From an uncultured Gemmatimonadales bacterium (GTDB taxonomy: Bacteria > Gemmatimonadota > Gemmatimonadetes > Gemmatimonadales > Gemmatimonadaceae): 64,000 nt of DNA. The DNA lies in NCBI GenBank assembly GCA_963701965.1, contig OY969695.1, positions 64,001 through 128,000 of the forward strand, in the 5' to 3' direction. Below are positions 27,002 through 39,290 of the stretch, piece by piece. The notes under the pieces are model-generated. The model saw only the letters and a list, made by a program, of their open reading frames with translations, had not been told where the DNA came from and did no database searches. Position 1 is the first letter of the stretch. The number at the start of each line of letters is the position of its first letter. A program made the translations under genes and the position numbers.

Positions 27002-28273
27002 TCAGGCCAAAGCGAATGGCGCGAGGCGCGGCGGCACGGCGACGTTTTTCAGCGTCGCGTAAACCGGCAGGCCGGCGCGGTACGCGGGGTAGTCCTCGCC
27101 GGCAACGAGCGGACGCAGGTAGCGGCGGCACTTGTCGGTGATCGAGAAGCCGTCGGCGCTGATGAAATCGCGTGGCATGAACTTCTCGACGTTGGCGACC
27201 TTGGCGAGGTCGGCGACGCCGATGCGATAGCGGTACGGGACGTCGGAGGTGCGCTCGATCGTCGGCATCACCGCGTTGTGGCCCTTCAGCGCCAGCTCGA
27301 CCGCGCGCTTGCCGAGCTCGTAGGCCTGGCGCACGTCGGTCTTCGAGGCGATGTGGCGCGCCGCGCGCTGCAGGTAGTCGGCGACCGCCCAGTGGAACTT
27401 GTGGCCGAGCGCCTGCTTGATCATGTTCGCGACCACCGGCGCGGCGCCGCCGAGCTGGGCGTGGCCGAAGGCGTCGCGCGTGCCCTGCTCGGCGAGGAAC
27501 GTGCCGTCGGCGCGATGCGCGCCCTCCGAGACCACCACCGTGCAGTAGCCGTGCTTCTTGACCAGCGCGTCGACGCGGGCGATGAACTTCTTCTCGTCGA
27601 ACTCGATCTCCGGAAAGAGGATCACGACCGGGATGCCGTGCTCCTCGATCAGCCCGCCGGCGGCGGCGATCCAGCCGGCGTGTCGGCCCATCACCTCGAG
27701 CACGAACACCTTGGTCGAGGTGCGCGCCATCGAGCGGACGTCGAACGACGCCTCGAGCGCCGACACCGCGACGTACTTGGCGACCGAGCCGAAGCCGGGG
27801 CAGCAGTCGGTGAGCGGCAGGTCGTTGTCGACCGTCTTCGGCACGTGGATCGCCTGCAGCGGATAGCCCATCGACTGCGACAGCTGGCTCACCTTGAAGC
27901 ACGTGTCGGCCGAGTCGCCGCCGCCGTTGTAGAAGAACCAGGCGATGTCGTGGGCGCGGAAGACCTCGATCAGGCGCTCGTACTCGCGCCGGTTCGCTTC
28001 GAGCGACTTGAGCTTGTAGCGGCACGAGCCGAACGCGCCGGCCGGCGTCGTGCGCAGCGCGCGGATCATGCTCGCCGATTCCTGGCTGGTGTCGATCAGG
28101 TCTTCGGTGAGGGCGCCGATGATGCCGTTGCGGCCGGCGTAGACGTTGCCGATCACGTCGCGATGCGCGCGCGCGGTCTCGATCACGCCGCACGCCGAGG
28201 CGTTGATGACGGCGGTGACGCCGCCCGACTGCGCGTAGAACGCGTTCTTCCTGCCTTTGGTCTTGGTGGCCAT
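27002..28273 (-). CDS. pfp: Phosphofructokinase, probably PPi-dependent
   Basis: YAQSGG, NGGGDS, PKTVDND, EVMGRHAGW. Confidence 0.88.
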   Translation of the reverse strand: MATKTKGRKNAFYAQSGGVTAVINASACGVIETARAHRDVIGNVYAGRNGIIGALTEDLIDTSQESASMIRALRTTPAGAFGSCRYKLKSLEANRREYERLIEVFRAHDIAWFFYNGGGDSADTCFKVSQLSQSMGYPLQAIHVPKTVDNDLPLTDCCPGFGSVAKYVAVSALEASFDVRSMARTSTKVFVLEVMGRHAGWIAAAGGLIEEHGIPVVILFPEIEFDEKKFIARVDALVKKHGYCTVVVSEGAHRADGTFLAEQGTRDAFGHAQLGGAAPVVANMIKQALGHKFHWAVADYLQRAARHIASKTDVRQAYELGKRAVELALKGHNAVMPTIERTSDVPYRYRIGVADLAKVANVEKFMPRDFISADGFSITDKCRRYLRPLVAGEDYPAYRAGLPVYATLKNVAVPPRLAPFALA

Positions 28274-28283
28274 GATGGCGTCC

Positions 28284-30965
28284 TCAGGCGATTGCCAGCG
28301 CGCGCGTCACGATCTCGCTCGTGTCGCTCGACAGTCCCGGCGCCGCCGCGACGCGGGCGATCGCCGCGCGCGCGGCGCTGCGGTACGGCTCGGCGAGCTG
28401 GCTCCAGCGATCGAGGGCGCGGGCGATGCGCGACGCCAGCTGCGGGTTGATGCGGTCGAGCTCGAGCACGCGCTCGGCCCAGAACGCGTAGCCGCCGGCA
28501 TCGGCGCGGTGAAAGCCGGCCGGGTTGCCGAGGACGAAGGCGCCGATCAGGCTGCGCGCCCGGTTCGGGTTGGCGAGGCTGAAGTCGCGATGCCGAAGCA
28601 GCGCCTTGACGCGCTCGAACACCTTGCCGTCGCGCTCGGGCGCCATCGCCTGCAAGCGCGAACCACTTGTCGACGACCAGCGCATCGCCCTTGAACATCG
28701 CCATGAAGCGCTCGAGCGCCTCGTCGGCGAGCGGCGAGCCGGCGAAGAGCAGCGCGGCGAGCGCACCCTGCCGGTCGGTCATGTTCGAGGCGTCCTTGAA
28801 GCGCTGGTAGGCGCGGCCCGGCCAGACCGTGTCCGACCGCTCGACGGCGTCGAGGCACAGCATCGCCAGGGCGAGGTTGGCGAGCGCGCGCCGTCCGGCC
28901 GAGGCCGGGTCGGGCGAGTAGCCGCCGCTCACCTGGTGGCTCTCGAAGGCCCATTCCCAGTCGGCGCGCAAGGCGCTCGCGAGCCCGCGCTTCATCGCTT
29001 CGCGCGCGACGTGGATGCGCTGCGGATCGACGCTCGCGAGCTGCTCGCCGATGTACGGCTCGCTCGGCAGGGTGAGGACGAGCTCCTTGAACGCCGGGTC
29101 GAGCCGTCGGGTCGCGCAGCACGCCGCGCATGCCGGCGACGAAGTCCGCGTCGACCGGCGCCGGCTCGGCGCTCGAGCGCACGCTGGCGAGCAGGCGGTT
29201 CATCGCCAGTCGCTGGCCGGCTTCCCAGCGGTTGAACGGGTCGGTGTCGTGGCCGAGCAGGATCAGCAGGTCGGCATCGCTCAGGCCGTCGACCAGGATC
29301 ACCGGCGCCGAGAAGCCGCGCAGGAGCGAGAGCACCGGCGGCTGGTCGACGTCGACGAAGGTGAAGAACATCCTCGCTTCGTCGAGGACGAGCACGCGCG
29401 AGGTCGCCGCGGCGCTCTCCGGCTCGTCCTCGAGGCGCATCGTCATCGCCTGGCCGTCGCGACCGACCAGGCCGATCGCGAGCGGGATCACGAACGGCTC
29501 CCGCGCCGTCGTCGCCGCGGGCGCCGGCGCCTGCTCGAGGCCGAGGGTGTAGGTGCGCGAAGGCGCGTCGTAGCGGCCGCGCGCCGTCACCCGCGGCGTT
29601 CCGGCCTGTGCGTACCAGCGCTTGAACTGCGGCAGCAGGCGCGCCAGCGAGCTCGCCGGGTTGGCATCGGCGATCGCCTGGGCGAAGTCGTCGCAGGTCA
29701 CGGCCTGGCCGTCGAAGCGCTCGAAGTAGAGCTTCATGCCGCGCGCGAAGCCGTCGCGGCCGACCAGCGTCTGCATCATGCGCACGACCTCGGCGCCCTT
29801 GTCGTAGACGGTCGGGGTGTAGAAGTTGTTGATCTCGACGTAGCTGTCGGGCCGCACCGGATGCGCCATCGGTCCGGCGTCTTCGGCGAACTGGACCTGA
29901 CGCAGGCTCCTCACGTCGCTGATCCGCTTGACCGCGCGCGCGGTCGCGCTCGCGACCATGTCCATGCTGAATTCCTGGTCGCGAAAGACCGTCAGGCCTT
30001 CCTTCAGGCTCAGCTGGAACCAGTCGCGGCAGGTGATGCGGTTGCCGGTCCAGTTGTGGAAGTACTCGTGGCCGACCACCGATTCGATCGCCTCGAAGTC
30101 GGCGTCGGTCGCGGTCGCCGCGTTGGCCAGGACGTACTTGGTGTTGAAGATGTTGAGGCCCTTGTTCTCCATCGCGCCCATGTTGAAGTCGCCGACCGCG
30201 ACGATCATGAAGCGCTCGAGATCGAGCGCCAGGCCGAAGCGGGCCTCGTCCCACACGACCGAGGCGACCAGCGAGTTCATCGCGTGCTCGGTCTTGTCGA
30301 GGTCGCCGCGGCGCACGTAGACCTGCAGCAGATGGTCCTTGCCGGCGCGCGAGCGGATGTGCTGCTCGCGCGCGACCAGGTCGGCGGCGACGAGCGCGAA
30401 CAGGTAGCTCGGCTTGGGGAACGGGTCGTGCCACTTGGCGAAGTGGCGGCCGTTGTCGAGATCGCCCTGCTCGACCAGGTTGCCGTTCGACAGCAGCACC
30501 GGGTACGCCGCCTTGTTCGCCTTCATCGTCACGCGTGTACTCGGCCATCACGTCGGGACGGTCGAGGAAGTAGGTGATGCGGCGGAAGCCCTCGGCCTCG
30601 CACTGCGTGAAGAAGCCGCCGCCCGACGTGTAGAGGCCCGACAGGCGCGTGTTCCGCTCGGGCGCGCAGGTGTTCCTGATCTCCAGCGTGAAGCTGCCTT
30701 CGGGCAGGTTGTCGATGACGAGCAGGCTGTCCTCGTGGCGAAACGAGACCGACTCGCCGTTCGCGAGGCAGCGCGTCAGCGTGATGTCTTCGCCGTGCAA
30801 CTTCAGCGGCCCGGCGGCGACGGCGCCGTTCCTCTCGATCTGCATCTTGTTGATGACCATCGTCTTGGCCGGGTCGAGCTCGAAGGTGAGATCGACCTTC
30901 CTGATCCAGAACGGCGGCGCCGCGTAGTCTTCGCGGCGTACGAGCGGGGCGTTGCCTTCACGCAT
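28284..30965 (-). CDS. pepN: Aminopeptidase N (about 3 frameshifts, likely sequencing errors)
   Basis: [26 protein letters not shown]...[12 protein letters not shown]. Confidence 0.95.
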
Positions 30966-31007
30966 GGGACGGTTCCTTGCCTCTGATGTCTCTTGTCTTG
31001 GGAGCGC

Positions 31008-32112
31008 TCACACGCCTTGCTTGAGGCTGGCCTCGATGAACGGATCGAGATCGCCGTCGAGCACCTTCTGCGTGTTGCTGATCTCGACGTTGGTGCGCAG
31101 GTCCTTGATCCGGCTCTGGTCGAGGACGTAGCTCCGGATCTGGTGACCCCAGCCGACGTCGGTCTTGGTGTCCTCGAGCTTCTGCTGCGCCGCCATCCGG
31201 ATTCGCATCTCGTGCTCGTAGAGGCGCGAGCGCAGCATCTGCCAGGCTTCGTCGCGGTTGCGATGCTGCGAGCGGTCGTTCTGGCACTGGACGACGATGC
31301 CGGTCGGGATGTGCGTCAGGCGCACCGCCGAGTCGGTCTTGTTGATGTGCTGGCCGCCCGCGCCCGAGGCGCGGAAGGTGTCGGTGCGGACGTCGGCCGG
31401 GTTGATCTCGATCTCGATCGAGTCGTCGACCTCGGGATAGACGAACAGGCTGGCGAAGCTGGTGTGGCGCCCGCCCGCCGAATCGAACGGGCTCTTTCGC
31501 ACCAGCCGGTGCACGCCGGTCTCGGTGCGCAGCAGGCCGAACGCATACTCACCCTCGACCTTGATCGTCGCGCTGCGGATGCCGGCGACGTCGCCGGCGG
31601 TCTCCTCCATCACCTCGGTCTTGAAACCTTTTCGCTCGCAGTACTTGAGGTACTGACGCAGCAGCATCGCCGCCCAGTCGCACGCCTCGGTGCCGCCGGC
31701 GCCGGCCTGGATGTCGATGAAGCAGTTGCTCGGGTCGAGCGGGTTGTTGAACATGCGCCGGAACTCGAGCTCGGCGATCGTCGCCTCGAGCTTGGCGGCG
31801 TCGGCCTCGATCGCGACGAGGCCGTCGAAGTCCGACTCCTCCTTCGACATCTCGTAGAGCTCGCTGTTGTCGGCGAGGTTGGAGGTGAGGTGGTCGATCG
31901 TCGTGACCACCGTGTCGAGCGTTCGCTTCTCGCGGCCGAGTTCCTGGGCGCGCTTCGGCTCGTTCCAGACGTTCGGATTCTCGAGGGCGGCGTTGACCTC
32001 GTTCAGGCGCAGCGCTTTGCGGTCGTAGTCAAAGATACCCCCGGAGGTCGACCGTGCGCTTCGTCAGGTCGGCCAGGCGGTTGCCGATGGCATTGATGTG
32101 TTCGACGTCCAT
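31008..32112 (-). CDS. prfB: Peptide chain release factor 2 with programmed +1 frameshift
   Basis: SPF and GGQ motifs; CGG GGG TAT CTT TGA C slippage site at 32028-32043. Confidence 0.97.
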
Positions 32113-32124
32113 GGTGTTGCTCGG

Positions 32125-33076
32125 TCAGGTCGCTGCGCGGAGGCGCGATTCTGACAGGAACGATTCGACCAGCGCCGCGATCTCCTCGGGCCGGTCATGG
32201 TGCAGCATGTGGCCGGCCGGCGCGACGACGTGGCGGCGCACGTCGGCGACGAGGTCGAGCCGCTGGTGGAACTCGGCCTTGCTGTAGCGGTCGCCCCACC
32301 AGATGCTCGGGTCGGAGCGGTCGCCCTCGACCCAGAGCAGCGGCGCCGTGATCCGCTTCCAGCATTCGAGCCATTCGTCGACCTGTGCCAGCAGCGGGCT
32401 CATCCGCTTGTGATTGACGTCCGCGAGGAGGGCGCGCTCGCCGGCGGCGTCGCTGCCGGTCGGCCGCGACCAGTGCGCCGCCAGCCACTCGGCGCGGTCG
32501 CCGCGCAGCAGCGGATTGGTCCTGCGCAGGCGCGCGGCGACGGCAGCGAGGTCGGGGTAGGGCTTGAGCTGCATCGGCGTCTTCAGCTGGTCGAGCCAGC
32601 GCGCCGATCCGCGCCGGCGCCAACGTCGGCGGCGAGCGCGGCATGCCGAAGCCTTCGAGGTTGACCAGGCGGCGGATCTTGTCGGGACGCACGCCCGAAT
32701 AGAGCATCGCGACGTTGCCGCCCATGCTGTGGCCGAGCAGGTCGATCGGACCGCGGTCGGCGCCGAAGAGCGCGTCCAGGACGAGCTCGAGGTCGCCGAG
32801 GTACTCGGTGAAGTAGTAGGTGTCGACCGCCGGCGTGTCGCTTGCGCCGAAGCCGCGCCAGTCGAGCGCGAGCACGTGGCGGTCGTCGCGCAGGGCATCG
32901 ACGACGAACTGGAACGACGCGGCGACGTCCATCCAGCCGTGCAGCATGACGAGCGTCGGCCGGTCGGCGCTCGCCATGGCCGGGTCGCCCCATTCGAGCA
33001 GATGCTGGCGCAGGCCGCGCGCGGCGACGTAGACGCTGCGCGCCGGCCGCCGCGGGCGATAGGGCTCTGCACTCAT
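32125..33076 (-). CDS. Alpha/beta hydrolase (one frameshift near 32605)
   Basis: LHGWMD, DWRGFG, GHSMGG, AGHMLHHD. Confidence 0.9.
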
Positions 33077-33111
33077 CGCCTCACTGTAAGCGCGATGCCA
33101 GAATCGGCGCC

Positions 33112-33638
33112 ATGTCCGCCGTAGCCTCGCCCCCGCCGCCTTCGGGCGCAAGCTTCGCGATCCGTCCCGCCGCCCCCGGCGACGTCGCCGCGATCGTTCG
33201 CCTGATCCACGGGCTGGCCGAGTTCGAGCAGCTCAGCCACCTGGTCGAGGTCACCCCGGCCTCGCTTGCGCCGCATCTCTTCGGGCCGCGACCAGTCGCC
33301 GAGGCGATCGTCGCCGAGAGCGAAGGCCGGGTCGTCGCCTTCGCGCTCTTCTTCACCAACTTCTCGACCTTTCTCGCCCGGCCCGGCCTCTATCTCGAGG
33401 ACCTGTTCGTCGAGCCCGAGCAGCGCGGGCGTGGCATCGGCCAAGGCTTGCTCGCGCATCTCGCCCGGCTCGCCGCGACGCGCGGCTGCGGCCGCTTCGA
33501 GTGGAGCGTGCTCGACTGGAACGCCGGCGCGATCCGCTTCTACGAGCGCATGGGCGCGACGGTGATGCCGGACTGGCGCATCTGCCGCATCGCCGGCCGG
33601 CGCTCGGCCGCGTTCGCCGGACCGGCGCGCGTGGCTGA
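33112..33638 (+). CDS. GNAT N-acetyltransferase (diamine acetyltransferase-like)
   Basis: NFSTFLARPGLYLEDLFV...RGRGIG...WSVLDWNAGAIRFY; true 3' end inferred through a frameshift. Confidence 0.88.
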
Positions 33639-35319
33639 GCGCGCGACGCGCTACGCCGAGGCTGCACGCCGGCTTTCGCTGGCACGTGCCGGCCGCTTCA
33701 ACATCGCCGAGGTCTGCTGCACGCGCTGGGCGCGCGAACGGCCCGACGCGGTCGCGATCCGCTTCGAGGACGAGCGCGGCGCGCGCAGCGACTTCAGCTA
33801 CGGCGAGCTCGATCGCGCCGCCGACCGGCTCGCGGCCGCGCTGCGCGGCCTCGGCGTCGGTCGCGGCGACCGCGTCGCGCTGGTCCTGCCGCAGCGCTTC
33901 GAGACCGCGGTCGCGCACATCGCGCTCTATCGCCTCGGCGCGGTCGCGATGCCGCTGTCGATGCTGTTCGGCCCCGACGCGCTCGAGTACCGCATCAACG
34001 ACAGCGAGGCGCGGCTGGCGATCGTCGACGAGAGCGGCATCGCCAACGTCGTCGCGGCGCGGCCGCTGCTGTCCGAAGCTCGCGACGGTGATCGCCGTCG
34101 GCAAGGCCGAAGGGCAGGGCGACGTCGACTGGTCGCGCGCGCTCGCCAGCGCGAGCGGCGGCGCTCGCTGCCGCGAAGACGCGCGCCGACGATGCCGCCG
34201 TGCTGATCTACACCAGCGGCACGACCGGCCCGCCGAAGGGCACGCTGATCCCGCACCGCGCGCTGATCGGCAACCTGCCCGGGTTCGTCTGCAGCCAGAA
34301 CTGGTTCTCCGCAGGACGACGCGCGTGTTCTGGTCGCCCGGCCGACTGGGCCTGGACCGGCGGGCTTGATGGATGCGCTCCTGCCGACGCTCTACTTCGG
34401 CCGCGAGATCGTCGCCCTGCAGCGCCGCTTCGCGCCCGAGCTCGCGTTCGAGGTGATGGCGCGCCACCGCGTCACCCACACCTTCCTCTTTCCGACCGCG
34501 CTGAAGGCGATGATGAAGGCGGTGCCGGCGCCGCGCGAGCGCTTCGACGCTTTCGCTGCGCGCGATCATGAGCGCCGGCGAGGCGGTCGGCGACGCCGTC
34601 TTCGCCTGGTGCCGCGACCAGCTCGGCATCGTCCCGAACGAGATGTTCGGCCAGACCGAGATCAACTACATCGTCGGCAACTGCGCCGTGCGCTGGCCGG
34701 CGCGCGCCGGCAGCATGGGCCGGCCCTACCCGGGCCACCGCGTCGCCGTGATCGACGACGACGGCCGCGAGTGCCCGCGCGGCACGCCCGGCGACGTCGC
34801 CCTGCACCGGCGCGACGTCCACGGCGACCGCGATCCGATCTTCTTCCTCGGCTACTGGAAGCGCGACGACGCGACCCGCGCCAAGTTCACCGGCGACCCC
34901 GACGACAGCTGGTGCCGCACCGGCGACACCGCGGTCATGGACGACGACGGCTACCTCTGGTACCAGGGCCGCAGCGACGACGTCTTCAAGGCCGCCGGCT
35001 ATCGCATCGGCCCGAGCGAGATCGAGAACTGCCTGGTCAAGCACGCGGCGGTCGCGAACGCCGCCGTCGTCCCCAAGCCCGATGCCGAGCGCGGCGCGCT
35101 GGTCAAGGCCTTCGTCGTCCTCGCGCCCGGGTTCGCGCGCGTCGCCCGAGCTCGCCGAGCGAGCTGCAGGCGCACGTGCGCGGCAAGCTCGCGCCCTACG
35201 AGTACCCGAAGGAGATCGAGTTCATCGACGCCTTGCCGATGACCACGACCGGCAAGGTGCAGCGGCGCGTGCTGCGCCTGCGCGAGGAGGAAAAAGCAAA
35301 GGCGCCGCGGTCGCTGTGA
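33631..35319 (+). CDS. Acyl-CoA synthetase / AMP-binding protein (multiple frameshifts)
   Basis: YTSGTTGPPKG, FGQTE, RTGD, GRSDD, GYRIGPSEIE, TTTGKVQR. Confidence 0.9.
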
Positions 35320-35353
35320 CCGGCGGCGCCTCGGCGGGGCGAGGGCGGGCTGC

Positions 35354-35789
35354 TTACTTGACCTGGCCGCGGATCTCGCCGCCGGGGTTGGCCGCGGTGT
35401 GCAGGTTGATGTACCACATGCCCGACTTGAGCTGGTCGACCTGGGCCGAGGTCAGCGTCGCCGAGCCGATGATCGGGCTGGCGAGCGGGCCGGCGAACGG
35501 CACCACGACACCGGCGTTCGAGCCGGCCGGTGCCGGGCCGTGGAAGTGGCCGGCGGTGACCGGACCGGTCATTCCCGAATAGTTGACGGTCCACTTGACG
35601 ACGTTGCCGTCGAGCTCGACCTTGGCGCTGCCCGAGCCGGAGCTCGCGTTCGGCGGCACTTCGTTGCTCGGCCGAGAGCGGCACGGTCATCGCGCCGGCC
35701 ATCTTGTTGTCGGACATCATGCCGCAGCCGGCGAAGGCGAACGCAGCGGCGGCGGCAAGGGTACCCAAGGCGAAACGGCGAGCGATCAT
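35354..35789 (-). CDS. CHRD domain lipoprotein (one frameshift)
   Basis: Lipobox FAGC; GHFHGPA, YINLHTAANPGGEIRGQ. Confidence 0.9.
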
Positions 35790-35893
35790 CGGTTGTCTCC
35801 TGATGTTGAGGCGGCCACGACGGCGCGAGATGGCGCCGTTCGTGTCCTGGCGGGCGATGATAGAGCGTTCTCCGCCGCTCCGCCTGCCACGCG

Positions 35894-36869
35894 ATGCCCT
35901 TCAACCTGTCGCAGCTCATCGGCCTCTTGCGCGCCGCCATCGGCAGCGTGGCTCGACGACTACGCGCCGAGCATGGGCGCGGCGCTCGCCTACTACACGC
36001 TGTTCTCGATCGCGCCGCTGCTGCTGATCGTCATCTCGATCGCCGGTCTCGTCTTCGGCCCCGACGCGGCGCGCGGCGAGATCTTCGCCGAGCTGCGCGA
36101 GCTGATGGGCGAAGCCGGCGCGGCGACCGTGCAGAGCCTGCTGCAGAACGTCAACAGGCCGGCCCAGGGCGTGCTCGGCACGGTCGTCGGCGGCGCGGTG
36201 CTGCTGATCGGCGCGATGTCGGTGTTCGGCGAGCTGCAGAACTCGCTCGACCGCATCTGGCGCGCGCCGCACCGCGCCGATCCCGGGCTCTGGGCGCTGG
36301 TCCGCTCGCGCCTGCTGTCGTTCGGGATGGTCCTGGGCGTCGGCTTCCTGCTGATCGTCTCGCTCGTCGCGAGCGCCGGCGTCGCGGCGCTGGCCAAGTT
36401 CACCGGCCATCTGATGGGGCCGTGGGCGCTCCTCGTCGAGCTCCTCAACTTCGGCGTCACGTTCGCCTTCGTCACCGCGACCTTCGCGATGATCTACAAG
36501 ATCATCCCGCACGTGCGCATCGGTTGGGCCGACGTCTGGCTCGGTGCCGGCGTGACGGCGCTGCTGTTCGCGGTCGGCAAGTCGCTGATCGGCCTGTACC
36601 TCGGCCGGAGCAGCTTCGCCTCGGGCTTCGGCGCCGCCGGATCGCTGATCCTGCTCTTGGTGTGGATGTACTACTCGGCGCAGATCTTCCTGCTCGGCGC
36701 GGAGTTCACGCGCGTCTATGCCCGCACCTTCGGCTCGCTGCGCGATTCGCCGCAGGGTCTCGCGGCGGCGCCCGGCGCCGACGCGCCCGCGGCAAGCGAA
36801 GCCGTCGAGCGTTCGCGCCACGTCCTCGCCGAGGCGCTGCGCCGGCGCCGCGGCGGCCGCCGCAAGTGA
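35894..36869 (+). CDS. YihY/BrkB family membrane protein (one frameshift near 35945)
   Basis: APSMGAALAYYTLFSIAP, FGAAGSL...WMYYSAQIFLLGAEF. Confidence 0.92.
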
Positions 36870-36904
36870 TCGGTTGGCGCGGCGATGCGGATATCCTCGA
36901 GCGA

Positions 36905-38212
36905 ATGAAGCGGCCGAACATCGTCTTCATCGTCGCCGACGACCTCGGCTTCGCCGACCTCGGCTGCTACGGCGGCCGGGTGCCGGTCTCGCCGGTGCTC
37001 GACCGGCTCGCCGCGAGCGGCCTGCGCCTGACCCAGGGCTACGCCAATTCGCCGGTCTGCTCGCCGACCCGATTCGCGCTCATGACCGGGCGCTACCAGT
37101 ACCGCCTGCGCGGCGCCGCCGAGGAGCCGATCAACAGCAGGAGCCGCGGCAGCGCGACGCTCGGCCTGCCGCCCGATCATCCGACGCTGCCGTCGCTGCT
37201 CAAGGACGCCGGCTACCGCACCGCGCTCGCCGGCAAGTGGCACCTCGGCTATCCGCCCGCGTTCAGCCCGCTGCGCTCGGGCTACGACGAATTTTTCGGG
37301 CCGATGTCGGGCGGAGTCGACTACTTCAGCCACTGCGACTCGCGCGGCACACATGACCTCTGGCAGGGCGAGGCCGAGCACCGCGAGGACGGCTATCTCA
37401 CCGACCTGATCTCGCGTCGCGCGGTCGACTTCATCGAGCGCGCGGCGACGAAGAACGGCGCGCCGTTCTTCCTCAGCGTCCACTACACCGCGCCGCACTG
37501 GCCGTGGGAAACGCGCGACGACGCCGCGCTCGCCGCCGAGGTCAAGGACAACCTGTTCCACCTGCACGGCGGCAATATCCACACCTACCGCCGCATGATC
37601 GGCCAGATGGACGAAGGCATCGGCTGGATCATGGCGGCGCTCGTCGCCAAGGGCGTCGCCGACGACACGCTCGTCGTCTTCACGAGCGACAACGGCGGCG
37701 AGCGCTTCAGCGACAACTGGCCGCTGGTCGGCGGCAAGATGGATCTCACCGAGGGCGGGATCCGCGTGCCCTGGATCGCCCACTGGCCGGCGCGCATCGG
37801 CGCCGGCGCGACCAGCGAGCAGCTGTGCATGACGATGGACTGGACGACGACGATGCTCGACGCCGCCGGCGTCGCCGCCGATCCGGCGTATCCGCTCGAC
37901 GGCGTCTCGCTGATGCGAGTCCTCGCCGATCCGGGCGCGACTTTCGAGCGGCCGTTGCACTGGCGCATGAACCATCGCGGCCAGCGCGCGCTGCGCCGCG
38001 GCGCCTGGAAGTATCTGCGCGTCGACGAGCACGACTACCTCTTCGACCTGAGCGCCGACGAGCGCGAGCGCGCCAACCGCGGCGGTCGCGAGCCGGCGCG
38101 GCTGGCGGCGCTGCGCGCCGACTGGGAGACGTGGAACGCCACCATGCCGCCGATCCCGCCCGACGCGACCGTCAGTCTCGGCTACGGCGCCAAGGACATG
38201 CCGCAACGCTGA
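36905..38212 (+). CDS. Cys-type sulfatase
   Basis: PNIVFIVADDLG, CSPTR, GKWHLG, FTSDNG. Confidence 0.95.
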   Translation: MKRPNIVFIVADDLGFADLGCYGGRVPVSPVLDRLAASGLRLTQGYANSPVCSPTRFALMTGRYQYRLRGAAEEPINSRSRGSATLGLPPDHPTLPSLLKDAGYRTALAGKWHLGYPPAFSPLRSGYDEFFGPMSGGVDYFSHCDSRGTHDLWQGEAEHREDGYLTDLISRRAVDFIERAATKNGAPFFLSVHYTAPHWPWETRDDAALAAEVKDNLFHLHGGNIHTYRRMIGQMDEGIGWIMAALVAKGVADDTLVVFTSDNGGERFSDNWPLVGGKMDLTEGGIRVPWIAHWPARIGAGATSEQLCMTMDWTTTMLDAAGVAADPAYPLDGVSLMRVLADPGATFERPLHWRMNHRGQRALRRGAWKYLRVDEHDYLFDLSADERERANRGGREPARLAALRADWETWNATMPPIPPDATVSLGYGAKDMPQR

Positions 38213-38224
38213 ACGGAAACGGCG

Positions 38225-38674
38225 ATGAGCGACGGGCAGGGCGATTCGGCCGATCCGCACGACCTGCAGCGCTTCGTCGAAGCGCAGGCGGCGGTCTACG
38301 CGCAGGCGCGCGACGAGCTCGCGCGCGGTCGGAAGCAAAGCCACTGGATGTGGTTCGTCTTTCCGCAGCTGAAGGAGCTCGGCCGCAGCGCGACGGCGCG
38401 CCGCTACGGCATCGCCTCGCGCGCCGAGGCCGTCGCCTACCTCGCCCACCCGCTGCTCGGCGCGCGCCTGGTCGAGTGCACGAGGCTGATGCTCGCGGTC
38501 GAGGGCCGGAGCGCGCTCGATGTCCTCGGCCCGCCCGACGATCTCAAGTTCTGCTCGTCGATGACCTTGTTCGCCGCCGTCGCCGGGCCGGCTTCGGTCT
38601 TCGTTCAGGCGCTCGAGCGATTCTTCGCTGGCGTCGCCGATGCCCGAACCCTGGCACTGCTCGCCGCGTCCTGA
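38225..38674 (+). CDS. DUF1810 protein
   Basis: DLQRFVEAQ...GRKQSHWMWFVFPQL. Confidence 0.92.
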   Translation: MSDGQGDSADPHDLQRFVEAQAAVYAQARDELARGRKQSHWMWFVFPQLKELGRSATARRYGIASRAEAVAYLAHPLLGARLVECTRLMLAVEGRSALDVLGPPDDLKFCSSMTLFAAVAGPASVFVQALERFFAGVADARTLALLAAS

Positions 38675-38748
38675 TGCGGCGAGCGCCTACAGACGAACAA
38701 CCGGTCGGTGTCCATGCTGTCCGGCTTCGATCACGAAAAGGAAACGCC

Positions 38749-39267
38749 ATGGGACTCCTCGACATCCTCAAGCAGTACGCCGATCCGACCGGCGTCCAGC
38801 CCGATCGCGTCGGCGGGCACTTCGACGAGGTCGCGCAGCAGAGCAATCCGAACGACCTCGGCGACGGCGTCGCCGCCGCGTTCCGCTCCGACGCGACGCC
38901 GCCGTTCGGGCAGATGGTCGGCGACCTGTTCGGCCGCTCCGATCCGCAGCAGCGCGCGGGCATCCTGAACCAGATCCTGCAGTCGGTCGGCCCGAGCGTG
39001 CTCGCGGGACTCGGCGGCGGCGTGCTCGGCCGCGTCCTCGGCGGCGGCGCGGCTCCCGCCGGTGCGGCGCCGACGATCACGCCGGAACAGGCGTCGCAGG
39101 TCTCGCCCGCCGATGCCGCCGCGATTGCCGCGCACGCCGAGCAGCACGATGGCTCGATCGTCGACAAGGCGGGCGCGTTCTACGCCCAGCATCCGGCGCT
39201 GGTGAAGTCGCTCGGCGCGGCGGCGCTGGCGATCGTTCTCGGCCGCATGCACAGCGGCCCGCGCTGA
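38749..39267 (+). CDS. Conserved hypothetical protein
   Basis: AAGGA RBS; MGLLDILKQY...AFRSDATPPF...FYAQHPALVK. Confidence 0.75.
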   Translation: MGLLDILKQYADPTGVQPDRVGGHFDEVAQQSNPNDLGDGVAAAFRSDATPPFGQMVGDLFGRSDPQQRAGILNQILQSVGPSVLAGLGGGVLGRVLGGGAAPAGAAPTITPEQASQVSPADAAAIAAHAEQHDGSIVDKAGAFYAQHPALVKSLGAAALAIVLGRMHSGPR

Positions 39268-39290
39268 GGGCGGCCGCGCCGGCGCGCGGC

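Noticed and set aside
33112..34206. Apparent GNAT and acyl-CoA synthetase fusion ORF
   Set aside because: Compensating frameshifts near 33595-33690 hide a TGA at 33636-33638 and the LHAGFRWHVP segment; best read as two genes with indel errors
35894..38212. 772-aa ORF ending in the sulfatase
   Set aside because: The N-terminal part is an off-frame reading of yihY; the sulfatase starts at 36905
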